From positions 121,212,001 through 121,276,000 of the forward strand of contig NC_058368.1 of NCBI RefSeq assembly GCF_018350175.1: a DNA stretch of 64,000 nucleotides, given 5' to 3'. The stretch is from Felis catus. Lineage: Eukaryota. Below the pieces are notes generated by a model. That model had not been told where the DNA came from and searched no databases. It saw nothing but the letters and a program-made list of their open reading frames with translations. How positions within the stretch are numbered: the stretch's first letter is position 1; each line of letters opens with the position of its first letter. Shown one piece after another: positions 40,100 to 53,169 of this stretch. The translations under genes and the position numbers were made by a program.

Positions 40100-40912
40100 G
40101 CCAGTTTGCCTGATGGGAGAACCGGCTGTTGGTTATTCATAAAACAGAGGATGAGCGCCTAATAGTCACAGAGAATACAGCAACTCAGACTCATCTTGAT
40201 AGAGGTGTAAGCTCCTCTTCCTGTCCCCATATCAATTTGATATATGTTTTTTTCCAAGTTTTATCTGTGCCTATATACCAATATATGTACACATACTCAT
40301 AGGTAATTTCTTACTGAGACATAGTAGCAGGTTTTTTTTACAATTTGCTTGAATACATCATGGACATCTTTCTGATGGCAGTCCACAGTGATATATCTCA
40401 TTCTCTTAAATCTGCTTAGCGTTCCACAGTAGTAACACACCATCATTTATCTAAACAATCCTGCACTTGACAATCTTTTATATAGATTCCTGCAAAGATC
40501 TGTAGGAGAAATTTCTAAAACTACCATTCCTAAGTCAAAAAGAAAATACAGTTTAAATCTTGATGAATATACCCAAATTGCCTTCTCAAAGTAAAATTTT
40601 AAGCTCCCGACATTCAAGAAGGGAAGTGTCTTGTTTGTCCATCCTCTCACAGACATTGGCATTCCTCCGATGATTTTTTAAAACTTTTCATTATGAAAAT
40701 GTGTACACATAAAATATAGAGGAGTCAGTAGTACTGAATCACTGTGTACCCGTCATGTGGCTTCCACAACAATGAACATAAAGCCAATCTTATTTCATCT
40801 AAACCTCACTCACCTTCTCCCTCAAAGTTAAATTGAGACAAAGCCCATGTGTTCTTTTCTTTGATCTATAAACAACTCAGTGAGTACCTTTAAGAGGTAG
40901 GGACTCTGCCTG

Positions 40913-41131
40913 TTTTTTTTTTTATTTTTTCTTAACATTTATTTATTTTTGAGACAGAGAGAGAGCATGAACAGGGGAGGGTCAGAGAAAGAGGGAGACA
41001 CAGAATCTGAAACAGGCTCCAGGCTCTGAGCTGTCAGCACAGAGCCCGACGCAGGGCTCAAACCCACGGACCGCGAGATCATGACCTGAGCCGAAGTCAG
41101 ATGCTTAACCGACTGAGCCACCCAGGCATCC
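40913..41131 (-). mobile_element. Felid CanSINE inserted at the A-tail of the adjacent SINE
   Basis: TSD CTCT(G/A)CCTG plus T-run at 40904 and 41132. Confidence 0.93.
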
Positions 41132-41140
41132 CTCTACCTG

Positions 41141-41357
41141 TTTTTTTTTTTTTTTTTTTTGAGAGAGAGAAAGAGAGAGTGCACACACACCAGCTCGGGA
41201 GAGGTGCAGAGGGGGACAAAGAAAGAAAGAGAACCTCCAGCACGTTCCACACTCAGCCCAGAGCCCCACGTGGAGTTCAATTCCAAGACCCTGGGATCAT
41301 GACCTGAGCTGAAATCAAGAGTCAGACACTCAATGGACCGAGCCACCCAGGCACCCC
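41141..41357 (-). mobile_element. Older CanSINE
   Basis: GATCATGACCTGAGCTGAAATCAAGAGTC...GAGCCACCCAGGCACCCC, preceded by a T20 tail. Confidence 0.9.
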
Positions 41358-41729
41358 AGAACTCTATTTTTTTAAACTTAGCCTCAGTACCATTATTGCA
41401 TCTAAAAATTCCTTGATATCAAAGATCCAGTTGGTTTTCAAATTTTCCCAATTAGCTTATAATTTTTTAATAATTGGTTTGTTTGAATCAAGATCCACCA
41501 AGGTCCATATGTTGCATGTGGTTGATATGCCTCTTAAGTGTCTTAATCTGTAGGTTTCACACACACACACATACCCTCTTCTTTTTTTTCTTGTAATACA
41601 TGAGAGGAATTGGGTCATTTTGTCATGTAGTTTCCTATTTTGTGAATTTTTCTTGTTGTATCCCTCTGGTATCATTTAATACGTTCTTCAATCCTCTGTG
41701 TTTCCTGTAACTGATCATTAGATCTAGAG

Positions 41730-41938
41730 TTATGCTGTCCAATATAGGAGTCACAAGTCACATGCGGCCATTTTACTTTAACTTTAAATTAATTAAAGTA
41801 AATAAAACCTCAAGTCCAGTTGCTCAGTCACATTAGCCACATGACAAGTGCTAAGTAACCACATGTGGCTAGTGGCTTCTGTATTAGTACAGAATAGCAC
41901 ATTTCCATCATCACAGAAAGTTCTATTGGACAGAATGC
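41730..41938 (-). mobile_element. MER3 (hAT-Charlie MITE)
   Basis: TIRs GCTGTCCAATA / TATTGGACAG; internal CATTTCCATCATCACAGAAAGTTCTATTGG. TSD ATCTAGAG versus TTCTAAAG. Confidence 0.85.
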
Positions 41939-42659
41939 TTCTAAAGGCATCATGGGATTCTATGGTGACTGGTAAATTATTTTTTTTCTCATACATGCTT
42001 AAGAGCAAAGATGAACACCCTGGAGTCTGCATTACTAGGCAGTCTCAGGTAATATAAGGGAAGTATCTTATGTGTGCCAGACTCTACTCCGCCTGTTTTA
42101 AGTGGCAGCTGGCTGTGTTTTCAGAAGATGATTAGATGTTTATAATGAGTGCCTCAGGTATGTATGAGATTCTGTGGTGTCAGAGGTCAGCAGCTCCCCG
42201 GCATGCAAGCAGCCTTGATCCTTTCCCGCCTCCTTGGAGGGAAATTGAGGGTATCAGTGCGAATCTGTGAGGGCTTAGTCTTGCAATTATTACAAGACAC
42301 GCTGGTTCCTGGATATTCCTAAACATTTCTCCTTTGTCAGAGGTGCAGGTGCTTCTGGCTGGAGCCTTCTTTCTGAATTGTGCCTTTGTCTTGGCATGTG
42401 GGTAATGAGCATATTCCATAGCGCACCAGACAGGTTTCTTAACTTGCTTCTGTGATATTTTGCAAAGTCTAGAGGGGCCATGGGGATGTAGGGGAGGTCA
42501 GCTGCAACTGACAATGGAGAAATCTGACTGGCTGTGTATTTTAGCAGGGGCCTCCACAGGTATCCAATAAAACATTAACGAAACTATGAGGACATGGATG
42601 CTTCTGAGTCCATAGGAGATAGTATAGAAAACAAAGCATTTAGTGAGGGTTAGGAGACC

Positions 42660-43080
42660 ATCATTCATGGATTCATTCATTCTGGAAGTACTCATTGGGC
42701 CAGACTTGGCACTTGGCACTAGGATCAGTGGTGAACTAGATTAAAGTTTCTGCCCTCATAAAATCTCCAGACTGCTGAAGAAGACAGATCAGTACTTTAA
42801 CACCCCCTGACAGATACCATGATCAAGATGCTAGAGAGTGTCATAAAACATAAAACTGGGAGAGATCCCTGACCCTGCCATGAATGTGGAGGGACATGAA
42901 GTTGAAGCTGAGACCTAGAAGACAAGTAGGAATTGGACAGAAGGAGAGGGTGGAGTGCAGGAAGAATGTTCTGGGAAGAACTTAAGAGGTGAGCATGCAT
43001 GAGGCACTGGCAGAAGACAAAGTATGGTTTGGCTGCAGCAGGCAGTGTGAGAGGAGAATGGCCAGAGTCAAGAGTAGAGA
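42660..43080 (-). mobile_element. L2 fragment (host of the nested L1s)
   Basis: TCATTCATGGATTCATTCATT...CTGCCCTCAT...GAAGCTGAGACCTAGAAG...GTAGGAATTGG. Confidence 0.6.
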
Positions 43081-43113
43081 GATAATCCATGGACTGATGA
43101 ATGGAAAAGATGT

Positions 43114-43116
<3 letters not shown>

Positions 43117-43152
<36 letters not shown>
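43117..43152. repeat. (AC)18 microsatellite
   Basis: Read directly from the sequence. Confidence 0.97.
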
Positions 43153-43155
<3 letters not shown>

Positions 43156-43292
43156 AATATTATTCAGCCATAAAAAGGAATTAAATCTTGGCATTTGTAA
43201 TGACATGGATGGATCTAGAGAGTATAATGCTAAGTGAAATAAGTTAGTCAGAAAAGACAAATACCATATGATTTCACTTTTATGAGGAATTT

Positions 43293-43551
43293 TTTTTAAT
43301 TTATATTTTATTTTATTTTTTTCAATATATGAAGTTTATTGTCAAATTGGTTTCCATACAACACCCAGTGCTCATCCCAAAAGGTGCCCTCCTCAATACC
43401 CATCACCTACCATCTCCTCCCTCCCTCCCCCCATCAATCCTCAGTTTGTTCTCAGTTTTTAAGAGTCTCTTATGCTTTGGCTCTCTTCCACTCTAACCTC
43501 TTTTTTTTTCCTTCCCCTCCCCCATGGGTTTCTGTTAAGTTTCTCAGGATC
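43293..43551 (-). mobile_element. Young felid L1 3' UTR fragment, antisense, nested in the older L1
   Basis: More than 90% identical by eye to the reverse complement of 60817-61050. TSD CTT(T/A)TATGAGGAATTT at 43277-43292 and 43552-43567. Confidence 0.92.
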
Positions 43552-44060
43552 CTTATATGAGGAATTTAAGAAACAAAACAAACAAGCAAATGGAATAAAA
43601 TAAGGGAGAGAGAAGGCAAGAAACAGACAAGTATAGAGAACAAACTGATGCTTACCAGAGGTTAGTATCATGGAAGGATGGGTTAAGTAGGTGATGAGGA
43701 TTAAGGAGTGCACTTGTCATGATGAGCACAGGGTGATGTGTGGATCTGTTGAATTACTATATTATATACCTAAAACTAATATGTATGTTAACTAACTGGA
43801 ATTAAAATAAAAACTTAAAAAGAGTAGATAGCTAAGAACTGAGTAAATCCCACAATGTAAGTCATATCTTCCTGTGCCTCAGTTTATTCCTCCACCAAAC
43901 AGGCATAATAATGACCATCCAATGTTGTGGGTAGAGCCCAATGACATAGCAAATGCAAAAGTATTTTCCAAACTATATCCTAAAATCCCAGTTACAGAAA
44001 GACAAGAGGTTCTAATATGGTCCAATTTCACCTCTGGAGCATGGGTGAATTAGGGAGCTG

Positions 44061-44253
44061 TGTAATAGTGTTGGAACAAGCTACTGCTGGTTCACAAAAT
44101 GCAATAATGCACATCTTATGTCCTCCCAACTTCATATTCAGTAATGTCAGGTTGGTAGCCAAGGTAGGAGTATTTACACCATGAAAACTGGCAAACGCTG
44201 CAAATCAGAGGCTTTTGCTTGCTTTTGAGAGCTGGTTTACCAGCACACCACTC
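44061..44253 (+). mobile_element. MER63-like hAT-Blackjack MITE
   Basis: GGAGTATTTACACCATGAAAACTGGCAAACGCTGCAAATCAG...TTTACCAGCACACCACT; same family as 39099-39277. Confidence 0.75.
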
Positions 44254-45932
44254 AGTGAAGGTGAAAGTAATGAAATGAATAAGAACCTGCCCAGCAATTA
44301 CCAAGGAATGTCTATGGACAACAAAAAAAAAATAGTTTTGAAAGAGTGACTCTTTTCACACTTTCTGCTACCTGCAACAGGCCTACCCAACACCAGCCCT
44401 TAGGAAAGAGAACAGGAGAGCCACTCCTTCATGCCAACCCATTCCCAGACGTGACCAAGGAGTATCAGTGACACCCAGGTCACAGAAGTGAGATTGGAGC
44501 CTCTCAGATCAACAGCTGCTGAGAGCTGCTTTCTTTGGCTCGTGTGGCCAATGATAAATTGGATTTCAATGTTCTGAATAGGCGGAAAAAGATATCTCCT
44601 TGCTCCCCTCTGCTCCCTTTCCTGGAGCTGCCAGCTGGTATTTCTTGTCACTCATCATGGTTGCTTGCAGTGGAGATTATACACTTAGTGAAGAGAACAT
44701 GTGGGAAAGAAAGAGTCTTCAACAGTGGGAGGGTCTAAGGCAGGTATCTGCTGGAAAAACCGGGACATGGATATAGCTCAAAGCACATTTGAAACAATGG
44801 GACCTTTCTAAAGGGTGACCTAGAAAAATACTATATTTATCTGTGGATATCTGAGGCTAACACACTTGCACACTCCCAATCCTGGAGAAATAACTAGCTG
44901 AGCATGTTAGCAATTTACCTGAGGACCAGAGATGGCAAAAGACGAAGTTGGAATCAGTTCAAATGACATGGTATAGCATATTATTTGTTTGTTTGTTTCA
45001 TTTATATATTCAACAAATACTTATTGGGCTTTCTGGGTGCTCTGAGAATGTAAAGTCTCTGCCACAAAGGCAGAGAGTGCGCCTATCTTATATACTGTAG
45101 GGGTGTCCATACATTTCTGTTGGAGGAATGCATGGATGGCATCACTTTGCCAGTAGTCACGGGTATAGAGATGAACAAGCCATAGGCCCTGATGCTACAG
45201 AGTTCAATGTCTGGAGCACAGACAGACAAGGAAACCAGCAATTACACCACAGGGTGAAGAGTGCTGTGACAGGGGGACTGGCAGGGTTGCTGGGTGCAAT
45301 GGCTCACAAGAAAAGGAGACCCAACTCAGCCTTGGGGGAGGAGACAGTGAAGGCTTTCTGAAGACAGAGATGCAATACCAAAGATTTTGGCACCTATCTG
45401 GATATGACTTTATGGGAAAAAAAGAAAACTGTTCCTGTAATTTGCAGTATCTCGTATTCCTAGGAGGACTACAGGCTCTATCTTAGAATGAAAAATGATT
45501 GCAAATAACTTCCAGAATACTTCTGTAGCTTAATCATCAGAGACATCTTTGATTTCTCAGGGACTTTCAGAAAGTTTTCCTAAATTCGGGATTTCTACTT
45601 AAATGACCCTGTGCCCAGTGCAAGAGATGACATGAAGGTCTCCAGCGTCACTCACTCCCAACATTGGGACCAGCTCCATAGGCAGGCAGGTACTTCTTCT
45701 CCCAGGTCATGTCTGTCCCAGTGGTATAAATGAGAGGAATGCTCTAAATTTTCATTTGACAGAGACAGACAAACTGCGGATTTGCAGAAGGTCCTTATGA
45801 TGAAAATCGTGGCTTCAAGGACAGCTGAACTGAAAGAAAAGATTTCTAACCTCCCAGAGCTTGCTGTTTTCAACAGGGGTCATGCGGGCTTTTTTCTTTG
45901 GTATCACCAAATTAAAGGGCTAATAGGTATAA

Positions 45933-45934
<2 letters not shown>

Positions 45935-45970
<36 letters not shown>
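45935..45970. repeat. (AC)18 microsatellite
   Basis: Read directly from the sequence. Confidence 0.97.
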
Positions 45971-45972
<2 letters not shown>

Positions 45973-47921
45973 CATGCAAGTCTTATGGGATTGAGATGAA
46001 CTAAGAAGCAAACTGAAATCAAGATGTAACTTGTGACAGTAGAGGGCAAGCACAGCCACCTCAGTGTTTGTCTTCAAAGTCCTTTTCGCCGAGGGTCTGG
46101 GAGCACTCCCCATCACTTCATGCCTCACCACAACAGCCTATCCTGCTAGTGACACCTTGACTTCACTGGCCAATCTAAGAAGGACCACGTACACGGATGT
46201 AGAGAGAACAGTAGCATAATAAATCACATTTTTTCCATGACTCATATGTTAACAGTTACCAACATTTTGCTCATTTGGTTTTGTCTCATACATCACCTTT
46301 ATTTCTGGAATGTTTTAAAGATGTCCCTGGAGCTTTGACCATTCACCTTAGTATCCTATTGTGTTTAGAGTGAGAAGGAATAGTAAGAATTACTGTCTTT
46401 GCTTTGAAGTTGAGGAAACTGAGGCTGAGAGAGGTTCAGGGCGTCACTCACGGACACAAATTTATAAGTTATGTACCACGTTCTAGGCGTTACCTCCAGC
46501 CCCCAACCATATTGCCTTGTTATGAGAAATGTCTGCTGTTTGCCTGGGTCATACTGTCCCTCGCCATTCCTCCTTCAGCTGCAGAAATCTTCACGTGGAG
46601 GTGGAAGAGAGAAAAGGCTTGGGGGAAGAAGCCAGTGTACATGTAACCAGAGCTTTTTACTATTTTTTCCTAAGCCAGGGAAGGTAGTGATGGTGGGACA
46701 GTCATTTGATTCATCTTTCTTCCCTGTGCATGTTGGATTTGGCTCAGACTCTCAGAGCATATGGAAAGAGACTCATTCACCATGTGCCACACCAATTGGA
46801 AAAGCTCACTCTGGAAATGAGGATAATGGAAGGGAGCAGAATCGCCTCCCAGGATGTGAGAAAACTAACCCCCCCCCCTTGTCTCTTAGGCTTCCATGTA
46901 CCTCTGGAGCCTCCTCACAGGTGCCTATGCCCTCCTAGAAGAAGAGATTACAATGGAAATGCTTTGATTCCCTGAAGAATTCAGTGCTATCCCATTGAAC
47001 AGCTCTGGGACCTGGCACCCAGCCCATTTCAAAAACAATCCCAAGCTATTTACTAAGAACCAGCTTATGTTAGGAGTCAGGGATATAGCTATGAACATGT
47101 CTGGGATTACCTCCTATGATAGGGGAATGAGATCACCCCAAAGCAATCTCAAAGAAATATTTGCAGGGAAAAACGAAAGCATGCTAAGGGTGACCCTAAA
47201 ATGGGGCTAAGAATTGTGAATAGTTCTTTCTCTGTCCCCTGGCATAGACTCCTGCCTCTTGCACTTTTTCCTGCTCTAAGACCCTTGATAATCCAGAAAA
47301 GAGGCAGGAGGAACCAAGGGAAAGAAGCTTGGCATACTTGATTGATATTTGATTGATAGAAGAAGGCAGGAATGCCATGCCCACTGATTAAAAGTGGCAA
47401 GAGATAGATAACAAAGGAAACTGTCAAGCTGCAGTGTCCCAGCTCTGTACCTAGGACTGGAAGAAGAGAGGTCTGAGACAAAGGACTAAAGGAAGATGAT
47501 ATAAAGAGAAAGCTATATGACAAAAGTCACAGAAGAGAATGGAGTTTTAGATGGACATACAGGGCCACTAAAAAGAACCTTCCTTACATTGGTTCCTTTC
47601 CCATCTCTCATCACCGTATTCTTTTCCTCCATAACACTTCAAATTGTAATTATATCTTTACTTATAAATTTAATCTTTGTTTCTACAACTAGACAATACC
47701 TGGCATAGTTGTCCCTCAAAAATCCATTTACTGAAAGACTGAATGGCTGACAAGTAGGACTGGAAAAGTCAGGCCAGAAGATGTAACAACAAGCTTATCA
47801 CTCCTCTCTCCTCCTTTGGGCGAAAAATCCTTATTTATTGAACACTTACTATTTGCCAAGCATCCTACAAGTACTCTATGTGATTTATTTCATTAGTCCT
47901 CCTAGCAAACCCATGAGGAAG

Positions 47922-48051
47922 TGTGTTCATAGGTCCCCAAGACCCCCCTCAGATTCAGTGATTCACTAGAAGACCTCACAGAACTCAGCAAGCTGTTACA
48001 GTCACAGTTAACAGTTTACGGCAGTGATAGAATACAGATTAAAGTCCGAAT

Positions 48052-48095
<44 letters not shown>

Positions 48096-48538
48096 GCAGA
48101 GTCCAGAAAGGACCAGTCACAAACTTTTGGTTGTCCTCTCCCCGAAGAGTTGCACAGACAACACTTAGCTTCACTCAGCGACAATGCATGACAGCACCCG
48201 TGAAGTAGTGCCAACCAGGGAAGCTGACCCAAGACTTGACGTCTGGGGTTTTTATTGGAAGCCAGTCAGGTAGGCATGACCGACCTCCTGTGTGGGTGAC
48301 TTTAGTCTCCAGCTTCTCCAGAGGTCAGGGTTCTACCAGCACATGGCTCCAGGCTCCCACCATAAATCACATTATTAGTTTAGACTCTCTGGTGTGACCC
48401 GAGGACCCCAGTATACAAAGTCTCTCTTAAACAGGCAGGATATTCCTAGGGCTTAGAGGCTATCTCCCACGTCAGCTGCCAAACGTTTCGCTGGAACAGG
48501 CAGGGTTTGAATAACCTAGACTTGCTGTGTACTGCACA
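47922..48538 (-). mobile_element. ERVL solo LTR (MER77/MER21-like) inserted in a MIR; contains (AC)19 at 48055-48092
   Basis: TGTGTTC...GGTCCCCAAGACC...GATTCACTAGAAG...CTCACAGAACTCAG...CCAACCAGGGAAGCT...CCATAAATCACATT...ACTGCACA. Confidence 0.75.
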
Positions 48539-50552
48539 CAGAGGTATGGTGTTAGTCCTAATTTGTGGATGATCTAAACCAAGGATCATGAAGGCTAAGT
48601 GATTTGGTCAAAGTAACAAAAGCCACAATGCAAACAGACATCCTACTTGAATGTAACATCTATGTTCTGTTGTGCCCTCATGTCTCCCTTAAAGAAGTAA
48701 AGTTCTCTATGAAGAAAAGTAACTCACATAGAGTATCTCATAAGCCTGGCCTCAAATATGAATGCCCAGATTCAGGGATTTCCACTTAGGAAGAGCATAA
48801 TACTGTGAACCTTCTGGTGATCTCAAGTCCCCAACTAGCAGATGGTCTTGATCCTATTGGGCACTGGCATGTTCTCCCTTCTCACCAGAGGAGACAAAAC
48901 GTGTGCACAAGGGCCAACCAGCACATTCTAACATACACTCCAATGCCCAAAATCTGCTCCAAAAGGATGATCATGGTGAGGGAGGGAGGTAGGGTGGCCC
49001 AACTGGCTAAGCTGCAACTAGGAAGTTAAGATCCAGGACAGTCAGTTGACTCTTTTCTCACCAGTAGAGTAAAATCACATTTATCTTACCCAGCATTCCC
49101 ACGGCCTGTTCTGCTAATCCGGTAGAGTGGTCCAGATGCAAATGCAAAATCACATTAGCAGATAAAGCTCCTGAGAAGCCAGTCAGCAAAGAAATCTATG
49201 TGACTTTGTTTAACTCAGTGTTTCCTGAACTTGAGTATAGAACGCTTTTTCGAGCATGTATAGGACCAAATTATTAAAATTCAGGACAATTTGGAAAATA
49301 TGGCCCAAATTATCTTTTTTTTTGTTTCCCAGCTTATGCCAATAAACCTACTTTCAAATTGTTATTGTCAGTCATATTGATTCACCTGGCACATACCCAT
49401 TTCTTCCAGGAATGACAATTTCTGGATATTTCTTGATTAGTTCACAAATTCATTCATTCTTCAAGCATTTGTCAAATACCTGCTTGTCTCCAGGTTTCAG
49501 AGACAGAGATACAGAGGTGCTTTACACACACCTTCTGAACTCTTCAGCAGAGAATTCAGAGTCTACTGAATAATAACTTGAGCCAAAGGCCAGGATGGTT
49601 TTTCCTGGTCCACTCTCCAGTGATGGGCAATCTCATAACCAGCTCAGGAAGGTAAGCACTTAGCTCCACATGTTGATTTTGGCCCCACCTGATTCCAGGA
49701 ATAGAGAGAAGCAGGCCAAACCCTTTCTAAACCAGTGGGGAGTGTCACCAGTGCACAGTGAAGAGCTCAGTACATAGTAGCAGATGGAGTTCTCATCCCA
49801 ACTCGGCCTTTTCCTTTGTACTGTGGTGATTCTGTTGCACTTGGGCTCCTTTTCTCTGACCCTGTTACCAGTCCACATGACTCCTTCCGTATTTTCAAAT
49901 TGGAAATAAGCTCAGAGCTCATTGGCAATGAGACTTCCTGCTGTTTCTGGATTCTACTATTTGGCTATTTCATTGTTATGCAGTCTTATTGTTTCCGGGT
50001 TTTTAATATGTCCTAGTCCGGACTTGTACAGTGTCAGGTGTCAGAAAGTAACTCCCAAGTAGTTTAAGTAGTAAGCAAAACATTGCAGATAAGTAAGTTG
50101 ATCTTATTTAAGTATCCTTCAAGCACAGCTGGACCTAGGCATTCAAATTTTATTGTCAAGTCTCTTGTCTGTCTAGTTCTCTTATCTATCCATATCTCTA
50201 TTTCTGCTGTCTCCTGTGTCTTCATTCAGGAAGATGTGTCTTTTGGTCGGGAAATATCACCACTAGTACTCCAAGGCTTACCTCCTCAAGGCACATGATT
50301 CAAGAGAGCATCTATATATCAAACCTCTGAGAAGATTCTAGCTGGCCCTGTTTGTGGCAGATGACTGCTCTGTACAAAGCACTATGCTAGGGGTATTTGG
50401 GTTCCCTGGCTGGCCTGGGCCACATAGCCCTGTGTGTGTGATATGACCAGAGTGAATGCTATGCCATTCAGAAAATGAGAGCAAACAGGTGGTTCCTCAA
50501 AGAAGGAATGCTAGCCATAATTTTATTACTAACATTCATTACTACAACATAC

Positions 50553-50688
50553 TTTTTTTAAAATATAATTTATCATCAAGTTAGCTAACATGCAGTGTGT
50601 ATGGTGTGCTCTTGCCTTCGGGAGTAGATTCCCATGATTCATCGCTTCCATACAACACCCAGTGCTCATCCGGACAAGTTCCCTCCTC
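50553..50688 (-). mobile_element. Short felid/carnivore L1 3' terminal fragment
   Basis: T-tail, then TTCCATACAACACCCAGTGCTCATCC...CCCTCCTC, which is shared with 43352-43394. Confidence 0.75.
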
Positions 50689-51982
50689 CTTTTACTGCTA
50701 ATGTCTCTGCATGACCGTGTTTCCGTGTTTCCTTGTTTCTTGGTTCCATGTATTATTCCTCCATCAAAAGCATGGCCCTCATGGCTCTCAGACCCTACTG
50801 CGGTGACAAATGAATAGACAAATTACAGGACCATAGAAGTCTTGAGCCTTTCGAATCTCAGAGAAGGAAAGCTTCGGGGGTACATGCGAGCTTCCACTGG
50901 ATCATCTGGCTTTTTGAAAATCACCAGGAAAAAGGGTTTGGTAATGGCTTGGCTTTGAGACCTCCACACCCACTTTATCCCCATTCCCCTCCCACCCACA
51001 CCTGTAGAGACAGAAAACAATTGTGGGTGATAAAACCTATTACCAACAATGTGACGGGTGATAGCTGATGTGGAACGCAGAGTCATTTTCCCCTGAGAGA
51101 ACAGTTGAGAACCGGATAGAATCAACCAGCTGAGTCTCTTCAGGTGCTTAACTTTTATGTGAGGGCTCTGGAGTTCAATAATTCATGCTAATGCAGCCAG
51201 CAGCAAGCAAATTGCATTCACACTCTATTCAGATTTTGATTATAAAACAGAGACCCAAATGAGTTTTATGATGGAAAAACATACTTGGTGACTTCAGCTG
51301 GATGAAAGAGAATGAGGATGATAGAAACACCACGCCTTGAGGTCAAAAGAGCCTAAGTCAGTCTTGGGGCTGCCACACGCTGGCTGTGTGACCTTGCGCC
51401 ATAACACTGAATGTCTCAGAGCTTCTGTTTCTTCATCAGTACAATGGGGTGACACCACCGACTTCATAGGATTTTGAGATGATGTAAATGACAATACATG
51501 AAGAGTGCAGTAAAGCAGTAATGTGAGACAAATTTCTGTGGCCTGCCAGTACCACAATAAACTTTAATTTCCTTCCTTTCTTCAGATTCTCTCCCTCTCT
51601 CTGCACCCACCTGCCCCACCGACCTTTTTTCAGCAGGAAGTCCGTAGTTCCTATAAGTATGAATGTAGAACTGAGAATGCCAGAGGAGGTTGAAGGGTAA
51701 GAAGATGTTAAGAATGGATTGACAGTTCGCTCCCACAAAGATGAAGGTGGCCAGGCAACTAGAACTATCTCAGGGTTTCAACGTACATACATCTTCAAAA
51801 AGATGTAAGCACTCCGTGCAATTTCGGTTTTAATATACTTGCTTAGTAGTCATTAAAATATGTAGCCACTTGCACTGGAGTATCTTCCAGAAAAGAAAGA
51901 AAAAAGGCAGCTTAGCCATTTACAAAGCCTACATCAAAACTCCATTGCTCCCATTTTAGTTAGAATAAGATGTAACGCAGAC

Positions 51983-52127
51983 CAGGGCATCAAACTTGGT
52001 TGCTGGGGAGCTTGATGACAAAGTAGCTACTTGAATCGCACTCCAAGAGATTCTGGTCAAATAGATCAGGGATGTGGTCCAGGAGTCTGATACAGGTGAA
52101 CCACAAACTTCATTTTGAAAAACACCG
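51983..52127. mobile_element. MER5-family MITE relic
   Basis: CAGGGCATCAAACTTGG...AGAGATTCTG...GGTCCAGGAGTCTG...TTTGAAAAACACCG. Confidence 0.5.
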
Positions 52128-52424
52128 GCTTGGGCTCTTCGGGACAGACAAACTCAACCTCAGATCCTGAACCCACCACTTCCTACCTTCTCGAACTTGG
52201 GCAACTTTGTAACTTCTGATACATGGGAGTCTAATCACAGGTTGGCATGAGATTAAATAAGATATATTGAGATATATTGTGGAGTACCGAGCACAACGCC
52301 TGCCCGTAGGAAGGAGCACTCAGTAAATGTCAATTATTGACACTATCATGATTATGCAAAGTCAAAGAAAAGGGCTTCGGTTCTTTCTTTTCTTAATTTT
52401 TTTCATTCTTCCTCCCTTTTCTTT

Positions 52425-52841
52425 TACAAATCCATACTAACAGTGCATTAAGCAAGACGGAAGTTTATTTAGCTTCCAGACGAAAGTCTGGAAGTGAAAG
52501 TAGTTCAAGACTTGTGTGACAGCTCTGCAACCCAGACTACTTCCTTCCCTCTTTCAGTGTGACCCTCATCCTCACTGTTCAAGATGGCAGCTGGAACTCC
52601 AGCAGTCATGTCTGCATTCCACATGGCAAAGTGGAGGAAAGGAAAGAGAAAATCAATCTCTGTCAGTAACGACACTTCCTAAAATTCGCTTATATCCCAT
52701 TGGGCAAAACTTAACTGTCCGGAGAGGCTGGCAAATGTGATCGGCGTTCCAGGTGGCCATGTACCCCCCAAAATGTGATTTATTTTACAATGGAAAATTG
52801 GGAGAAAAAATATGGAGGGACAACTGTTGTTCCCTGCTATA
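52425..52841 (-). mobile_element. MaLR LTR (MLT1J-like)
   Basis: GAAGTTTATTT...CAAGATGGCAGCTGGAACTCCAGC...CCCATTGGGCAAAACTT...GAGGCTGGCAAATGT. Confidence 0.65.
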
Positions 52842-53062
52842 CCCAGCCCAGGGAGTCTAACAGATTCAAATCATTCTTCAGAAATCCTCTGCTCTCATTC
52901 TGCTTGCACCTGCTTATTTCTCAGATAAGAAACTTCTCCAAAGAGGTAGTTGCATAATCTGTGGATCCTACTCAGCTTGGCTTATTTTCTTCCTAAATTG
53001 CTTTCATACCTTTTACTTTTCATTCCCCAGTTTCATTCATTTTATTTCTACTATCCAATTTT

Positions 53063-53169
53063 TTTCAATTTTCTTTTTTACATAATCTCCATACCCAACA
53101 TGGGGCTCAAACTCACAACCCAGAGACCAAGAGCCAAATGGTCTATTGTCTAAGCTAGCCAGGCACCCC
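53063..53169 (-). mobile_element. Short old-type tRNA-derived CanSINE (no CT tract)
   Basis: CCCAACATGGGGCTCAAACTCACAACC...AGCCAGGCACCCC. TSD TCTACTAT(C/T)CAATTTT at 53047-53062 and 53170-53185. Confidence 0.85.

Larger units (their letters stand above)
40680..41720 (-). mobile_element. Old L1 (L1MC-like) 3' fragment interrupted by two SINEs
   Basis: GCCAATCTTATTTCATCT...; TTGGTTTGTTTGAATCAAGATCCA...AAGGTCCA...TTGCAT...GGTTGATATG. Confidence 0.65.
43082..43819 (+). mobile_element. Older carnivore L1 3' end (ORF2 C-terminus plus 3' UTR), interrupted by (AC)18 and by a younger L1
   Basis: GGAATATTATTCAGCCATAAAAA...ATGCTAAGTGAAATAAG...TACCATATGATTTCAC. TSD AAGAGTAGA(G/T)AG at 43070-43081 and 43820-43831. 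Confidence 0.88.

Noticed and set aside
53063..53169. tRNA gene
   Set aside because: A degenerate tRNA-derived SINE with a tail and TSD; no intact cloverleaf is evident.
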